A stretch of DNA of 64,000 bases from Candidatus Terraquivivens tengchongensis (lineage in GTDB: Archaea; Thermoproteota; Nitrososphaeria_A; Caldarchaeales; Wolframiiraptoraceae): positions 37,661-101,660 of the forward strand of contig JALNJZ010000006.1 in NCBI GenBank assembly GCA_023261845.1. The letters are read 5' to 3'. This document shows positions 38,570-48,257 of the stretch, piece by piece. Both the position numbers and the translations under genes were made by a program. Numbering within the stretch: the first letter of the stretch is position 1; each line of letters opens with the position of its first letter. The notes below the pieces were generated by a model. The model was not told the origin of the DNA, made no database searches, and worked only from the letters and a program-made list of their open reading frames with translations.

Positions 38570-39120
38570 TTGAGGAGTCCCCTCCTAACCAGCGGAGGGG
38601 CTATGGCTTTCAGGACTATTGGTGTTCCGATGAGGATTGGTGGCAGGTCGCTGACCGCTAACATGAAGACCGCGGGTCCGAACGGTGCTACTCCGACCCA
38701 ATCGAAACCTACTGCGACTATCGGTACCATGATTATACCCGCTATGAGCGAAATCACCGCCGCTTTCAGAACCCCCCTACCGCTCATCAAGTCCTTGGGC
38801 TTGCAGACTAGCCCGGGTATGAGGCCCGTCAGACCTACGCCTATTAAGTCAAAGATCGGGGTCGCTGGATTAAAGTAGCCCCCTATTATCGCCCATAAAG
38901 TGTTGCCTATGGCACCAGATAAGAACCCTATGATCGGGCCGAACAGTACACCGAATACGCAGGGAAGGAATGCCAAGACCCTCCAGTGGATTGCACCAGG
39001 TATCAGGGGTATGGGAGCGGTGAGCAAAAAGCCTACGCCGGTAATTGCTCCGGTCATAACTATGTAGGCAATCGCTGTTAATGCGTCCGGTTTCGTGTAC
39101 TTTATGGCTACTTGTTCCAT
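38557..39120 (-). CDS. ECF transporter S component
   Basis: Hydrophobic 187 aa with a LFGP..G..G.IGN motif. First gene of the ECF operon. Confidence 0.8.
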   Translation of the reverse strand: MEQVAIKYTKPDALTAIAYIVMTGAITGVGFLLTAPIPLIPGAIHWRVLAFLPCVFGVLFGPIIGFLSGAIGNTLWAIIGGYFNPATPIFDLIGVGLTGLIPGLVCKPKDLMSGRGVLKAAVISLIAGIIMVPIVAVGFDWVGVAPFGPAVFMLAVSDLPPILIGTPIVLKAIAPPLVRRGLLKWRL

Positions 39121-39688
39121 GCCGTTACTGCTTTTTACTCCAATATATAAATAATATTTTTTATACGAAGATAAATTTTACATGTTCATGTAATCGCTTT
39201 GTGTGGTTTATCTAGCGCACTGCTTTTGAGGGGTTTTAGTAAAAAATTATGTTCCTGACGGGCAAGTAATTGGACGAAGGGACTTTATTAAGACGGTGTC
39301 AAGTTTGGTTTCTACTTCTCGCATCGCCGACCGGTTCTTTAAAAGAACAAAGATTCGTCTTTGTGGTGCTTTCATCAATCTTCCCGTTGGAGGTGACGAA
39401 GCTTGGTAAATAGAAGGACTGTAATAAAAGGCATAATAGGAGCTGTTGCACTCGGTACTTTCGCACTTGGGTATTCTGAGGTCTTCGAAAAGATAGTCAG
39501 ACCGTCTACAAGACTATACTGTCCAGATAAGTTGGATGGTGTTAGGTATGTTTACAGCAGTTGTTTGGGGGTGTAACATTAGATGTGGTATCAGGGTTAG
39601 AATCGTACTACATCAATCCAGCTAAGATTGCGAAGACCGGTAAAAGAGGAAAGAATTAAGATATACTCAAAAGATATGGTAAGTATAG

Positions 39689-39806
39689 CGCCGGGGCTGG
39701 GATTTGAACCCAGGCGACCCTCATCGGGTCAGCGGCTTTCTTGACCAGCACCGTTTCATTATAGAGATCTCGAGGCCGCCCCTATACCTGGCTAAGGGAC
39801 CCCGGC
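39689..39806 (-). tRNA. tRNA-Ser(CGA) with a 31-nt intron at 37/38 (39738-39768)
   Basis: GCCGGGG/CCCCGGC acceptor, GCGGC/GCCGC anticodon stem, long variable arm, T-loop TTCAAAT and G discriminator. Relaxed BHB. Confidence 0.88.
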
Positions 39807-39892
39807 TCCGTGAGAACTATATCGCCCTTTAATATTAATTTTGCATAAAGAGCGCTACCTGAAGTGTGACCATGAAATCGTTACGACCCAGG

Positions 39893-40645
39893 TTACATCA
39901 AGTCGCCGCACTCGCATAAGGCCTCACGAATTAGCGTGTAGAGGTCATCCATACCTTCTTCCGTCTTAGCAGAGGTCTTAACTATCCTAATGGTTTTAGA
40001 GAATTCATCAACTAATTCGATAAATCTTGACGCCAAGTCTACTATCAACCCCTTCTCTTCAGATACCATCTTTTCTTTCAAATTACGTAAGTCTCTTGAG
40101 AACTCTTCAACTTTGTAGATCTCAGGTAGATCGGCCTTATTTATCACAGAGACCACTGGAACCCCGAGCCTGAGCCTAGTTATCATCGGTAGTAAGAACG
40201 ATATAGCCAAACCGCTTAGGGTAGAGGCTAAAGCCGGGTCGATTATGTATACAGAGACTGTCGGAACGTGCTTGGATATCTCTTCGACGAACCGCGGACC
40301 CATGGATCTAAATAAAAAGAGCTCCATCTGTCCGGGAGTATCTATCAGCTTAAAATCCGATTTTAGATCGTAGACCCTTCTGGATACCTCAGAGATTTTC
40401 TCTTCTATTATCTCAGCCGCCCTAATCATCGCTCCATTAGGCCCTAGCCCATGCTCCATTAATCTCTCAACAGTTATTAACTCCCTTACGTCGTATGACG
40501 GGACATACGGTGTCCTATGCACTCCAGGGTCTAAATTGACATAAGATATCTCTGCGTCTAACTCATGCTCCAACCATTTACCAAAAACATGTGTTAAGCT
40601 TGTCTTCCCACATCCAGCCGTACCGATAAAAACTATATTTAGCAT
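39893..40645 (-). CDS. GPN-loop GTPase
   Basis: GTAGCGKT, NLDPG, LGPNG, DTPGQME and NKAD motifs. Start ATG 40645. Confidence 0.92.
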   Translation of the reverse strand: MLNIVFIGTAGCGKTSLTHVFGKWLEHELDAEISYVNLDPGVHRTPYVPSYDVRELITVERLMEHGLGPNGAMIRAAEIIEEKISEVSRRVYDLKSDFKLIDTPGQMELFLFRSMGPRFVEEISKHVPTVSVYIIDPALASTLSGLAISFLLPMITRLRLGVPVVSVINKADLPEIYKVEEFSRDLRNLKEKMVSEEKGLIVDLASRFIELVDEFSKTIRIVKTSAKTEEGMDDLYTLIREALCECGDLM

Positions 40646-40734
40646 TCCATAAGTTTTGATTATACAAAGTATAATTTTAAGATCTTGATGGTTGCCCCAT
40701 GAGGGGCTAGAGAGATCATATCTGATAGCGTTTT

Positions 40735-41070
40735 CTATTTCGGTAACCACTCATTTAACAGCTTACGGTACCACCTATCCTCCTCGTATATTTCTTCATA
40801 CTTTCCGCTCTCCGAAGCTATCTTGGCGGCCAATAGATGATAACACATAGGCTTCTCGTGACTTAATACCCTAAAATAGAAATCATCGCATGTGCAATAT
40901 CCTGCTTTGAGCAGAATGAGGTAATCTTGTGTCCTACCCACAACAACCCACCTCGTCCTACCACTCGGCTTAAAGATGTAACGCTTCACGAGGCCCTTCT
41001 CTACGGCATTGAGAGCTTCCTCATACATCGAGCCGTATTTTTCCTTTAACGAATTCAGCTCATCCTTCAC
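40735..41070 (-). CDS. SWIM zinc-finger protein
   Basis: CTC.DF.FR...CYH motif. Confidence 0.85.
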   Translation of the reverse strand: MKDELNSLKEKYGSMYEEALNAVEKGLVKRYIFKPSGRTRWVVVGRTQDYLILLKAGYCTCDDFYFRVLSHEKPMCYHLLAAKIASESGKYEEIYEEDRWYRKLLNEWLPK

Positions 41071-41861
41071 GCAAACTCCCTCAGATCCGAAACTTTGCCC
41101 AGATGCGTACCGTCAAGCATGTAGACCTCAGCCTTAGATAGATCGAATAAGCCCGATCTCATTACCGGTCCTAACAATTCACGCCCTTCCGATACAGTGT
41201 TTACAGCAACACCTGAAAGAAAGTCATTGAAGGAAGGCATCACCAAAAGACTCAGACGCCCCCTCGGAGCCTTCAAGTCCTGCTTACGTCTTAACCTCTT
41301 CACCAACGAAGCCCTATCAGCCTCGAGAATTAACCAAACTCTTTTCCTGATAGTGAAGCCGATTTCTGCCCTTAGTCTAACGACGGGATGCATGTGTCCC
41401 ATTACCAGCATGTCGGCGTTGGAAAGGGTTATCGATGGCCACGTATGTCCGTGAAATAAACCGACCTTATGTTCTTCGTCTTCGATCATGAAACCTCTTG
41501 AGGGTGCATAAGTAACAGAGTCCCCAAGTATCTTGCTTATACCAGCATCATGATTCCCTGGTACTAGTACGATCTCGTCAACCATCCTCCGAATGTCTTC
41601 GACCATACCGGACAAATACCTCCATTCAATCTTAGATGTTCCGGGGACCTTATGCTTGAGGTCGCCTAAGATTATTAGCCTTTTAGCTCCAGTATTCTTT
41701 ATTAATTGCTTAATTTCTTCAACGAGTCTCCAGCTTTGGGAAGGAACTCTGAAACCCACATTATGAAGCTCTTCTTCAAAGCCTATGTGAACATCTGACA
41801 TTATGAGGCTCTTAATGGGTCGTTCAACCAGTAGGGCAGGTGCTTCTGGTATCTTAAACAA
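41067..41861 (-). CDS. ICC-like metallophosphoesterase (COG1407 type)
   Basis: SDVHIG, LGDLKH, GNHD, HGH, GH.HP and MPSFN motifs. Confidence 0.85.
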   Translation of the reverse strand: MFKIPEAPALLVERPIKSLIMSDVHIGFEEELHNVGFRVPSQSWRLVEEIKQLIKNTGAKRLIILGDLKHKVPGTSKIEWRYLSGMVEDIRRMVDEIVLVPGNHDAGISKILGDSVTYAPSRGFMIEDEEHKVGLFHGHTWPSITLSNADMLVMGHMHPVVRLRAEIGFTIRKRVWLILEADRASLVKRLRRKQDLKAPRGRLSLLVMPSFNDFLSGVAVNTVSEGRELLGPVMRSGLFDLSKAEVYMLDGTHLGKVSDLREFA

Positions 41862-41938
41862 GACTAGTCCCGGTCATACTGTTAGGTGATAATCTAAGTA
41901 TTAAACCCATCTATCCAAAGATTTGTAGCTAAGTTCGT

Positions 41939-43078
41939 TTATCGCTTGGTCAGCTCTGCTAACCTTTCGGGCAAGAACTCCTTTACGATAAACTCTAAAC
42001 CATACCTAGAGAAAGCCTCAAGTTCCGCTTTTCTCTCAATTTTTGAGAATACAGCCAACTCCCTCTTCCAAGGGTCTGTCTGGTACCTTGGGTCTCTTTT
42101 TAGTTCCTCTAACCTCTTTGCGTCCTGCTCAGTAAATTTCATGGATGGTAGCTTGTACTTGATAATGTCAGACGCGTACAGACCAGCCCACACAGCATCG
42201 GGAATGTTCAACTCACGTAGATGTGCTGATATTGCTGAACCATGTATTAAGACTGACGCTATATGGACACCGAATGGGTCAGCATCTGCAAAGATGTAAA
42301 CAGGAAGGTTAAGTTCTTCATTCAATCTCCTGATCAACTTTCTTGCGTTTCTTGGAGATTGACCGGCCGTGTGTATTAAGAGGGCCTTATATTTCTTATC
42401 GGCTCTTTCTTCAACGAACCTTGCAAAGACTGCACCCTTCTCTATAACGAAGAGGACTTCGGCACCACATTTAACGAATTCAGCCGTCGTGAGAGCTGGA
42501 CCTATGGCAAAACCATCTGGGTGTGATGAAAGGTCAACCCTTTTACCTCTAAACCCTGGTACCGTATACTCTATCACTAAGTCACCGTATATGGAGGCTC
42601 TTTCTTCTGGGAATATGTTAAAGTCCTCCCTAGGATGTCCCAGCAAACTTTCCAACTCAACTATCGCGTCGTCACTTTCACTCTGATCCTCGAAATCTAT
42701 ACCTTCGCCTATAGCAACATAATACGTATCCCTAAGGGTGGATGTCTTGCCAGCCTTTATCAACTTCTTAGCAAAGCTACTTATCCAAATCAACTGGGCG
42801 AATGGTCTAAGATGTTTAACATTTTTTGTTGTCCTTAAAACATGTTTATCTCCCAAGACATATTGTCTTAAATTAGAATCGTATATTATGTTGCTCGTTG
42901 CCCTTAACGGAAGCTGAATTTCTGGAAAAACACCATTCTCGATGCTGTTCACTATCTTTTCGCCTAGTTGCATTAAAGATTGCAATACGCTCTCCTTAAT
43001 TTTATCGATTTTATACGAGTGCGTCGTATGTTCCTTGTCTCCGCCCTCCATAACCATCACCAGCCCATATCTTTGCAT
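41939..43078 (-). CDS. top6A: DNA topoisomerase VI subunit A
   Basis: TLRD.YY catalytic Tyr, Q.ESD, IEK, D.DP.G and KAELEA motifs. The start may be nearer 43051. Confidence 0.92.
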   Translation of the reverse strand: MQRYGLVMVMEGGDKEHTTHSYKIDKIKESVLQSLMQLGEKIVNSIENGVFPEIQLPLRATSNIIYDSNLRQYVLGDKHVLRTTKNVKHLRPFAQLIWISSFAKKLIKAGKTSTLRDTYYVAIGEGIDFEDQSESDDAIVELESLLGHPREDFNIFPEERASIYGDLVIEYTVPGFRGKRVDLSSHPDGFAIGPALTTAEFVKCGAEVLFVIEKGAVFARFVEERADKKYKALLIHTAGQSPRNARKLIRRLNEELNLPVYIFADADPFGVHIASVLIHGSAISAHLRELNIPDAVWAGLYASDIIKYKLPSMKFTEQDAKRLEELKRDPRYQTDPWKRELAVFSKIERKAELEAFSRYGLEFIVKEFLPERLAELTKR

Positions 43079-43200
43079 CTCCCTTTATTTATAGCTAGAA
43101 TACTTAACGTAATATACAGAGCCGTGCCCGCTCGGATGTTGCGAAGTAGAGTTAAAGTTTATCTTAAAGGAACGTCTTACTGGCTAATAGGCGTGCGAAG

Positions 43201-43575
43201 TTGGACGCTGACCTAGAAGTCAGAGCACCTCTGAATCCGACCGAAGACGAGGAGAAGGTTGTGAAGAGCATACTCAGTATATTTAAAGTCAAGGTAAACG
43301 TGATGCAGAATGAAATAATAGGTTGTTCAGAAGACATAAATTCCCTCGAAAAATTAAAGCGTATGATAAGGCAAAGAAGGATAAGGTCTGCTGCTAGGGC
43401 TGTTATGAGGGGCGGTATAAGAGGCAACATTGTGGAATTCTATCTGCATAAACAAGCAGCATACGCTGGCAAAGTGTCGTTTTCAAACGCTGAGGGTGAA
43501 TCACCACTCGGCCCGATTAGAGTCACAATAAAAACAGACGATCCGAATAAGCTGATAAATTGGCTCACTGAATGA
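43201..43575 (+). CDS. UPF0201/DUF54 RNA-binding protein
   Basis: PTED.EKV, KQAA..G.VSF and ESPLGPI motifs. Confidence 0.88.
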   Translation: MDADLEVRAPLNPTEDEEKVVKSILSIFKVKVNVMQNEIIGCSEDINSLEKLKRMIRQRRIRSAARAVMRGGIRGNIVEFYLHKQAAYAGKVSFSNAEGESPLGPIRVTIKTDDPNKLINWLTE

Positions 43576-44336
43576 TGAAAGGATGCAAAAGCATGATATC
43601 ATGTGTATCGACGCTCTCAGTTCATGAGTCGCCATTCGGCAGGATTTTGGAATGGCTGAAGCATTTAGGGGCCAGGGCGTGGGAGATAATAGACGAAAAG
43701 CCCAATGAGTTAGACATCAAAAAAGTTGAGAGCTACAGGAACATAGCACTTAGTGAGCTGACGTTGATAAACGTTCATGGCCCATATAACCCGCTAGCGT
43801 TTGGACATGTTTGGTTTAAAAGGCTTGAGGCTACGGTAGCTTTGGCTGGGCTGTTACGTTCTAGCTATGTTGTGGTCCACATGCCAAAGTGTGAGGATCT
43901 TGAGGTTACGCTTAAAAACTTGGAAAAGGCATCATCCACTGCTTCAAAGTTTGGAATAAGTTTACTTGTTGAGAACTGCACGTCAAATGAAAGTGCATAC
44001 ATGAATACTCTCGAGGATTTCGTCATACTCTTCGATACAACATGTGCAAAAAACCTAGGTTTATGTCTAGATGTAGGCCACGCATACATTGAGAGAAACT
44101 TAGACGATTTTTTGAGCAAATTTTATGAAAGGCTCATGAACGTTCATTTACACGATAACGATGGATTACGTGATTTACATATGCCATTAGATGCTGGGAA
44201 AGTTCCGTGGCGGAAGGTTTTAGAAAACTTAGCTAGAAAAGGATACGATGGGTTTGTTACGTTAGAGTGTAAGAGCAGAATGGAAGATAGCTTAAACAAA
44301 TTGAACGAGGTTTTACTCAAGCTTAAAATTCCTTAA
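43572..44336 (+). CDS. Xylose-isomerase-like TIM barrel (AP endonuclease 2 family)
   Basis: VH, EN, DVGHA, HLHDN...D.H and LE motifs. Confidence 0.8.
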   Translation: MMKGCKSMISCVSTLSVHESPFGRILEWLKHLGARAWEIIDEKPNELDIKKVESYRNIALSELTLINVHGPYNPLAFGHVWFKRLEATVALAGLLRSSYVVVHMPKCEDLEVTLKNLEKASSTASKFGISLLVENCTSNESAYMNTLEDFVILFDTTCAKNLGLCLDVGHAYIERNLDDFLSKFYERLMNVHLHDNDGLRDLHMPLDAGKVPWRKVLENLARKGYDGFVTLECKSRMEDSLNKLNEVLLKLKIP

Positions 44337-44387
44337 GTACTTTAGCATTATAGAATTTTTGATTTTTATAATAGAGTTCAGCATTTA

Positions 44388-45284
44388 ATGGCAACAATGC
44401 TTGGGTTGATTCTTTCATTAGTATCGGCCGTAATCTTCGGGCTGAATTCGGTCGTAATGAGAAGGGGGCTTATAATCGGCGACGTTTATCCAAGCGTATT
44501 GATCAGCCTACTATTCGCAATACCCTATACGATCGCCGTATCATTCCTTACTGGTGAGGTATGGACTCTAACTAATTTGAGTATTATGGCAACAATATAT
44601 TTTATTATAGCAGGCATCTCAAACTTCCTCGTCGTAAGGTATTTGATATATATGGCCATAAAGCTGGCTGGTGCTACGGTGACTATTCCAATAGTTTCTT
44701 GTGATACGCTGATAACTGTTTTTCTTGGGATAGTACTGCTCGGAGAAGAGTTTTCATACAAGCTGATAGTTGCGGCAATGCTCGTTGTAGTTGGTATCGT
44801 GCTTGTTACAAGCAAAGACGCTCATGCGGAGGGTGAATATGGATCTTTCACAAACTTCAAGCAAGGCATACTTTATGCAACTCTTGCAATGTTAGGCCTC
44901 AGTATATCGTCAATTACTGTTAGGTTGGGTGTACTAGAGACGAACTCACCATCATTAGGTCTACTGATATCGAATTTTTTTGCTCTGATAACATGCTCTG
45001 TCTTCCTAACTTTTCCAAAATATAAAGAAGAAGTTCTTGGCATTAATGTGAAAGCTAAACAGTATTTTCTTTTAGGTGCGTTCTTGGTAACGACTGGTCA
45101 GCTGACACGTTATGTTGCGCTTGCATATGTGCCGGTTAGTCTTGCATCACCAGTCATTAACACATACCCTTTGTTCACTTTGATATTATCTTACATCTTT
45201 AATAGAAAGATCGAGGCTTTCAATTGGAAAGTTCTTGTAGGCACACCTCTAGTCGTGATAGCCATAATCTTAGCCTTCTTCTAG
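44388..45284 (+). CDS. EamA/DMT family transporter
   Basis: Ten TM segments in two repeats, LLGE and P.S..P motifs. Confidence 0.85.
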   Translation: MATMLGLILSLVSAVIFGLNSVVMRRGLIIGDVYPSVLISLLFAIPYTIAVSFLTGEVWTLTNLSIMATIYFIIAGISNFLVVRYLIYMAIKLAGATVTIPIVSCDTLITVFLGIVLLGEEFSYKLIVAAMLVVVGIVLVTSKDAHAEGEYGSFTNFKQGILYATLAMLGLSISSITVRLGVLETNSPSLGLLISNFFALITCSVFLTFPKYKEEVLGINVKAKQYFLLGAFLVTTGQLTRYVALAYVPVSLASPVINTYPLFTLILSYIFNRKIEAFNWKVLVGTPLVVIAIILAFF

Positions 45285-46199
45285 AGAGTACGTTACATCA
45301 AGTTTCATAAGGTCCTCGGACAAATATGTTTGCGGGAATATGCTTTTTGCTTCTGATAAAAGTTGTTCCGGTTCGTCGTCGTAACGGGGACTTATGTGGA
45401 ATAAACACAACCTCTTCACACCAGCCGCGGCTGCAACCTCTGCCGCTTCTCTTGCAGTGGAGTGACCCTCTGCCTTAGCCCTTTCTAAAAGTTCATGAGA
45501 GAATGTTGCATCGTGTATTAGGACGTCGGCATTCTTACTGAACTCCACAATTTTCTTAGTTGGTCTCGTGTCTCCTGTGTAAACGACGACTCTCCCTTTC
45601 CTTGGAGGGCCAACGGCTTCTTCTGGTGTTATCTTCATACCTTTGTAAACTACGACGTAACCTCTTTGCAATCTACCCCATAATGGACCTCTTGGCAGAC
45701 CTATGCTCTCCAGGTATTCTACACGCATCTTACCCGGCCTTTCCTTTTCTTGGAGCTTATATGCTAACGACTCAGTGGTGTGCTCCGTTTTTATGGCATC
45801 CACTTTATATTCTTTCGATACATACACAGTACCTTCGTCCACCTCAATTATCCTGAGGGGAAAGCTGGTCGTACCGCCCGTTGTGATGAGCAGGGCCTTA
45901 ACAACTTCCTTCGTACCAGCGGGACCATAAATCTCAATGGGATCGCCTCTACCTAACATAGACATCGTGTACAACAAGCCTGGTAAGCCTAGGACATGGT
46001 CTCCATGAAGGTGAGTTAAGAAGATCTTAAAGTCTCTCTTGAAGCCTATGCCAGCCAGCATCGCTTGCCTTTGTGTTGACTCGCCGCAATCGAACAGAAG
46101 CGTACTACCAGCGTATTTGATTGCGATAGCTGGAAGTCCACGCCTCCTGCTCGGCATGCCACCCCCAGTGCCCAAGAAGACTATTCTCATGACCGTCAA
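45270..46199 (-). CDS. rnz: Ribonuclease Z
   Basis: FLGTGG..P, DCGE, THLHGDH, exosite GP.WG, HDATF, HST and HIS.RY motifs. Confidence 0.95.
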   Translation of the reverse strand: MTVMRIVFLGTGGGMPSRRRGLPAIAIKYAGSTLLFDCGESTQRQAMLAGIGFKRDFKIFLTHLHGDHVLGLPGLLYTMSMLGRGDPIEIYGPAGTKEVVKALLITTGGTTSFPLRIIEVDEGTVYVSKEYKVDAIKTEHTTESLAYKLQEKERPGKMRVEYLESIGLPRGPLWGRLQRGYVVVYKGMKITPEEAVGPPRKGRVVVYTGDTRPTKKIVEFSKNADVLIHDATFSHELLERAKAEGHSTAREAAEVAAAAGVKRLCLFHISPRYDDEPEQLLSEAKSIFPQTYLSEDLMKLDVTYSLEEG

Positions 46200-46250
46200 C
46201 TAACATTCCTGCCGAAGGCTGTTTTGATATCTTGGTTTTTAATTATTGCT

Positions 46251-47291
46251 TTATTGCATCCTAAAAACCATTATGTTCCTCGTCAAAGTTCCGTGTACCT
46301 TAATCGCGTACGTTTCTAAGATTTCTAAACCGTATGCTTTTCCTAAGGAGATTAAATCAACGTTCGAAGGTGAGGCCATGCATATGCTACCTCCTTTTAT
46401 GAGTAGGTCGGTTAACTTCGATAGAAAATCTTCCAATAGGTTAGTTAACGAGCCGGTCGGTATTGTGGTAGACCTACCATAAGGAGGGTCTGTCACGATC
46501 GAATCGAAACCTCTCCTGAAAGGTGCGGCCCTTGCATCACCGTTTACTATATCAGGATAACCATGTGCGTAATGCTCTAGGTTCAGCCTTGCACCTTCGC
46601 ATATCCAGTACTTTATCTCCAATCCTACTGGCTCGTACCCCAATAACCATGCCTCGCTAAGTATCGAGGCCGAGCCAGCGAACGGATCAAGAATTCTACC
46701 GCCGGGCCTAACCCTGGCCAGATTAACCATGCACCTAGCAATCTTAGGCTGAAGGGCAGAGGGTAACGTGAAAGGTCTCCTACCAGCCTTCCTGTCGTAG
46801 AACTCCTTCTTTCTTTTCTTTGCGACCGATAACCCAAAGAAAGGCCCGCATGGTGTAACCAAAAGCACGAACCTTTTATCGGGATTCTTCAAGTCTACTG
46901 AGATACGTTTCCCACAATTTAGGATAATTCTTCCTAGCTCTGCTTCAGCATTTTTTGTGTCACACTCTGCACCCCAACACCTTATGCACCTTACCTCGAA
47001 AGTTTCCCCATCCTTTAACAATTCGTGTAAAGGTACCATCTTCACTTGCTCGATCAACTCGTGAACGTCTGTAGACTTCACCAAGAGCAGCGCTGCTTCC
47101 TTAACGTAGGCGGAACGTTCAACGGCCAAGACCGCACAATCTTTTGTGGTCTCCGCTAGTCCAACATTTTTACAATCTAAAGCAACTTTTGGAGAGTTGT
47201 CGAACGTAAAAAGTATAGCCCTAAGCTCACCAAAGGACAGGTCAGGGTATTCGCCAGATAATTGAAAGAAGTACCGCATTCGTTCCTTCAT
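46251..47291 (-). CDS. tRNA (guanine-10-N2)-methyltransferase (THUMP plus MTase)
   Basis: LSGE N-terminus, RPF..P..L.P, DPFAGS and DPPYGRS motifs. Start set at 47291. Confidence 0.85.
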   Translation of the reverse strand: MKERMRYFFQLSGEYPDLSFGELRAILFTFDNSPKVALDCKNVGLAETTKDCAVLAVERSAYVKEAALLLVKSTDVHELIEQVKMVPLHELLKDGETFEVRCIRCWGAECDTKNAEAELGRIILNCGKRISVDLKNPDKRFVLLVTPCGPFFGLSVAKKRKKEFYDRKAGRRPFTLPSALQPKIARCMVNLARVRPGGRILDPFAGSASILSEAWLLGYEPVGLEIKYWICEGARLNLEHYAHGYPDIVNGDARAAPFRRGFDSIVTDPPYGRSTTIPTGSLTNLLEDFLSKLTDLLIKGGSICMASPSNVDLISLGKAYGLEILETYAIKVHGTLTRNIMVFRMQ

Positions 47292-48172
47292 AATTTCCGC
47301 AAGCGTTCTGCTAAAAGGCCTGCTATGGATACGAAAGCGTAGTTGTTGGGAACGGTATCCGTAGCTACAATGGCATCCGCCCCCGATGACAGGATCTTCT
47401 TGTCCGCGTTGTTTATCATTACTGCATGAACACAACCAACGAATATTCTTCTAGCTCCAGCCGACTTGAGTGTGTTTACGGACTTAACCATCGTACCACC
47501 TGTGCTTATCATGTCATCAATCACTATGACGTCCCTATCATTGACGTTTATGTCTTCCAAGCTAACCTCAACAGCCCCCGTGTTAACATCTCTCTTTGTT
47601 CTAATTACACCATAATCGGCATTTAAGACCTTTGCGGCAGCGGCACTCATATCCTCCCCCTTCTTCCCGGGTGCTAAGATTATTGGATTCTTCAAGTTTA
47701 TTTGTAAGATGTAAGAGGTGAGTGTACCGACAGCATCCAAGTTCTCGATGGGAATCGGTGATCTATTGATAATCCATGGCGCATGTATATTTACTGTTAA
47801 TATTTTGTCCACACCGGATTGCTTAAGGATATTCAACACAACGTCTATGCTTACCACTTCGCCTTCCTTGAATCGCCTATCCTGCTTAGCATAGGCTAAA
47901 TAAGGTATGACTGCCACGACACTTCTAGCGCCTAGATCTTTTGCCCCGCTTGAGAGAAGGCAAAGTTGAAGTAAGTGCTTATCCTGGGGCGGATGGGTAC
48001 CCTGAAATATTACCACATCTTCATTTTCCACGCTACTAACATATCGAAAGTAAGATTCGCCGTCAGGGAATGTTTTATATTCTAACTCCATCAACCTCAG
48101 ACCTAATATGCTAGACACTTTGTTTGCAAGCTCCATGGATGCAGGGCCCGGGACCAGCTTCATTTTAACCAA
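47288..48172 (-). CDS. prs: Ribose-phosphate pyrophosphokinase
   Basis: FPDGE, PYLAYAKQDR and DDMISTGGT motifs. Confidence 0.95.
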   Translation of the reverse strand: MVKMKLVPGPASMELANKVSSILGLRLMELEYKTFPDGESYFRYVSSVENEDVVIFQGTHPPQDKHLLQLCLLSSGAKDLGARSVVAVIPYLAYAKQDRRFKEGEVVSIDVVLNILKQSGVDKILTVNIHAPWIINRSPIPIENLDAVGTLTSYILQINLKNPIILAPGKKGEDMSAAAAKVLNADYGVIRTKRDVNTGAVEVSLEDINVNDRDVIVIDDMISTGGTMVKSVNTLKSAGARRIFVGCVHAVMINNADKKILSSGADAIVATDTVPNNYAFVSIAGLLAERLRKL

Positions 48173-48257
48173 GATTACCTAATCATGGTAAACTATAAAC
48201 TTCATGAAGGATGGGGTTACAAAAAGTCTAAAAAGACAGACTTCATTCGTAACTACG

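Noticed and set aside
40686-40726. TTGATGG...GCCCC-ATGA-GGGGC...CTGA as a possible C/D sRNA
   Set aside because: The C box is degenerate and no C'/D' pair is present. It may only be a hairpin in the GTPase promoter region.
43131-43142. CTCGGATGTTGC is nearly complementary to the D' guide of the sRNA at 4931
   Set aside because: A 12-mer with one mismatch can easily arise by chance in 64 kb on two strands, and the site is not a recognisable stable RNA.
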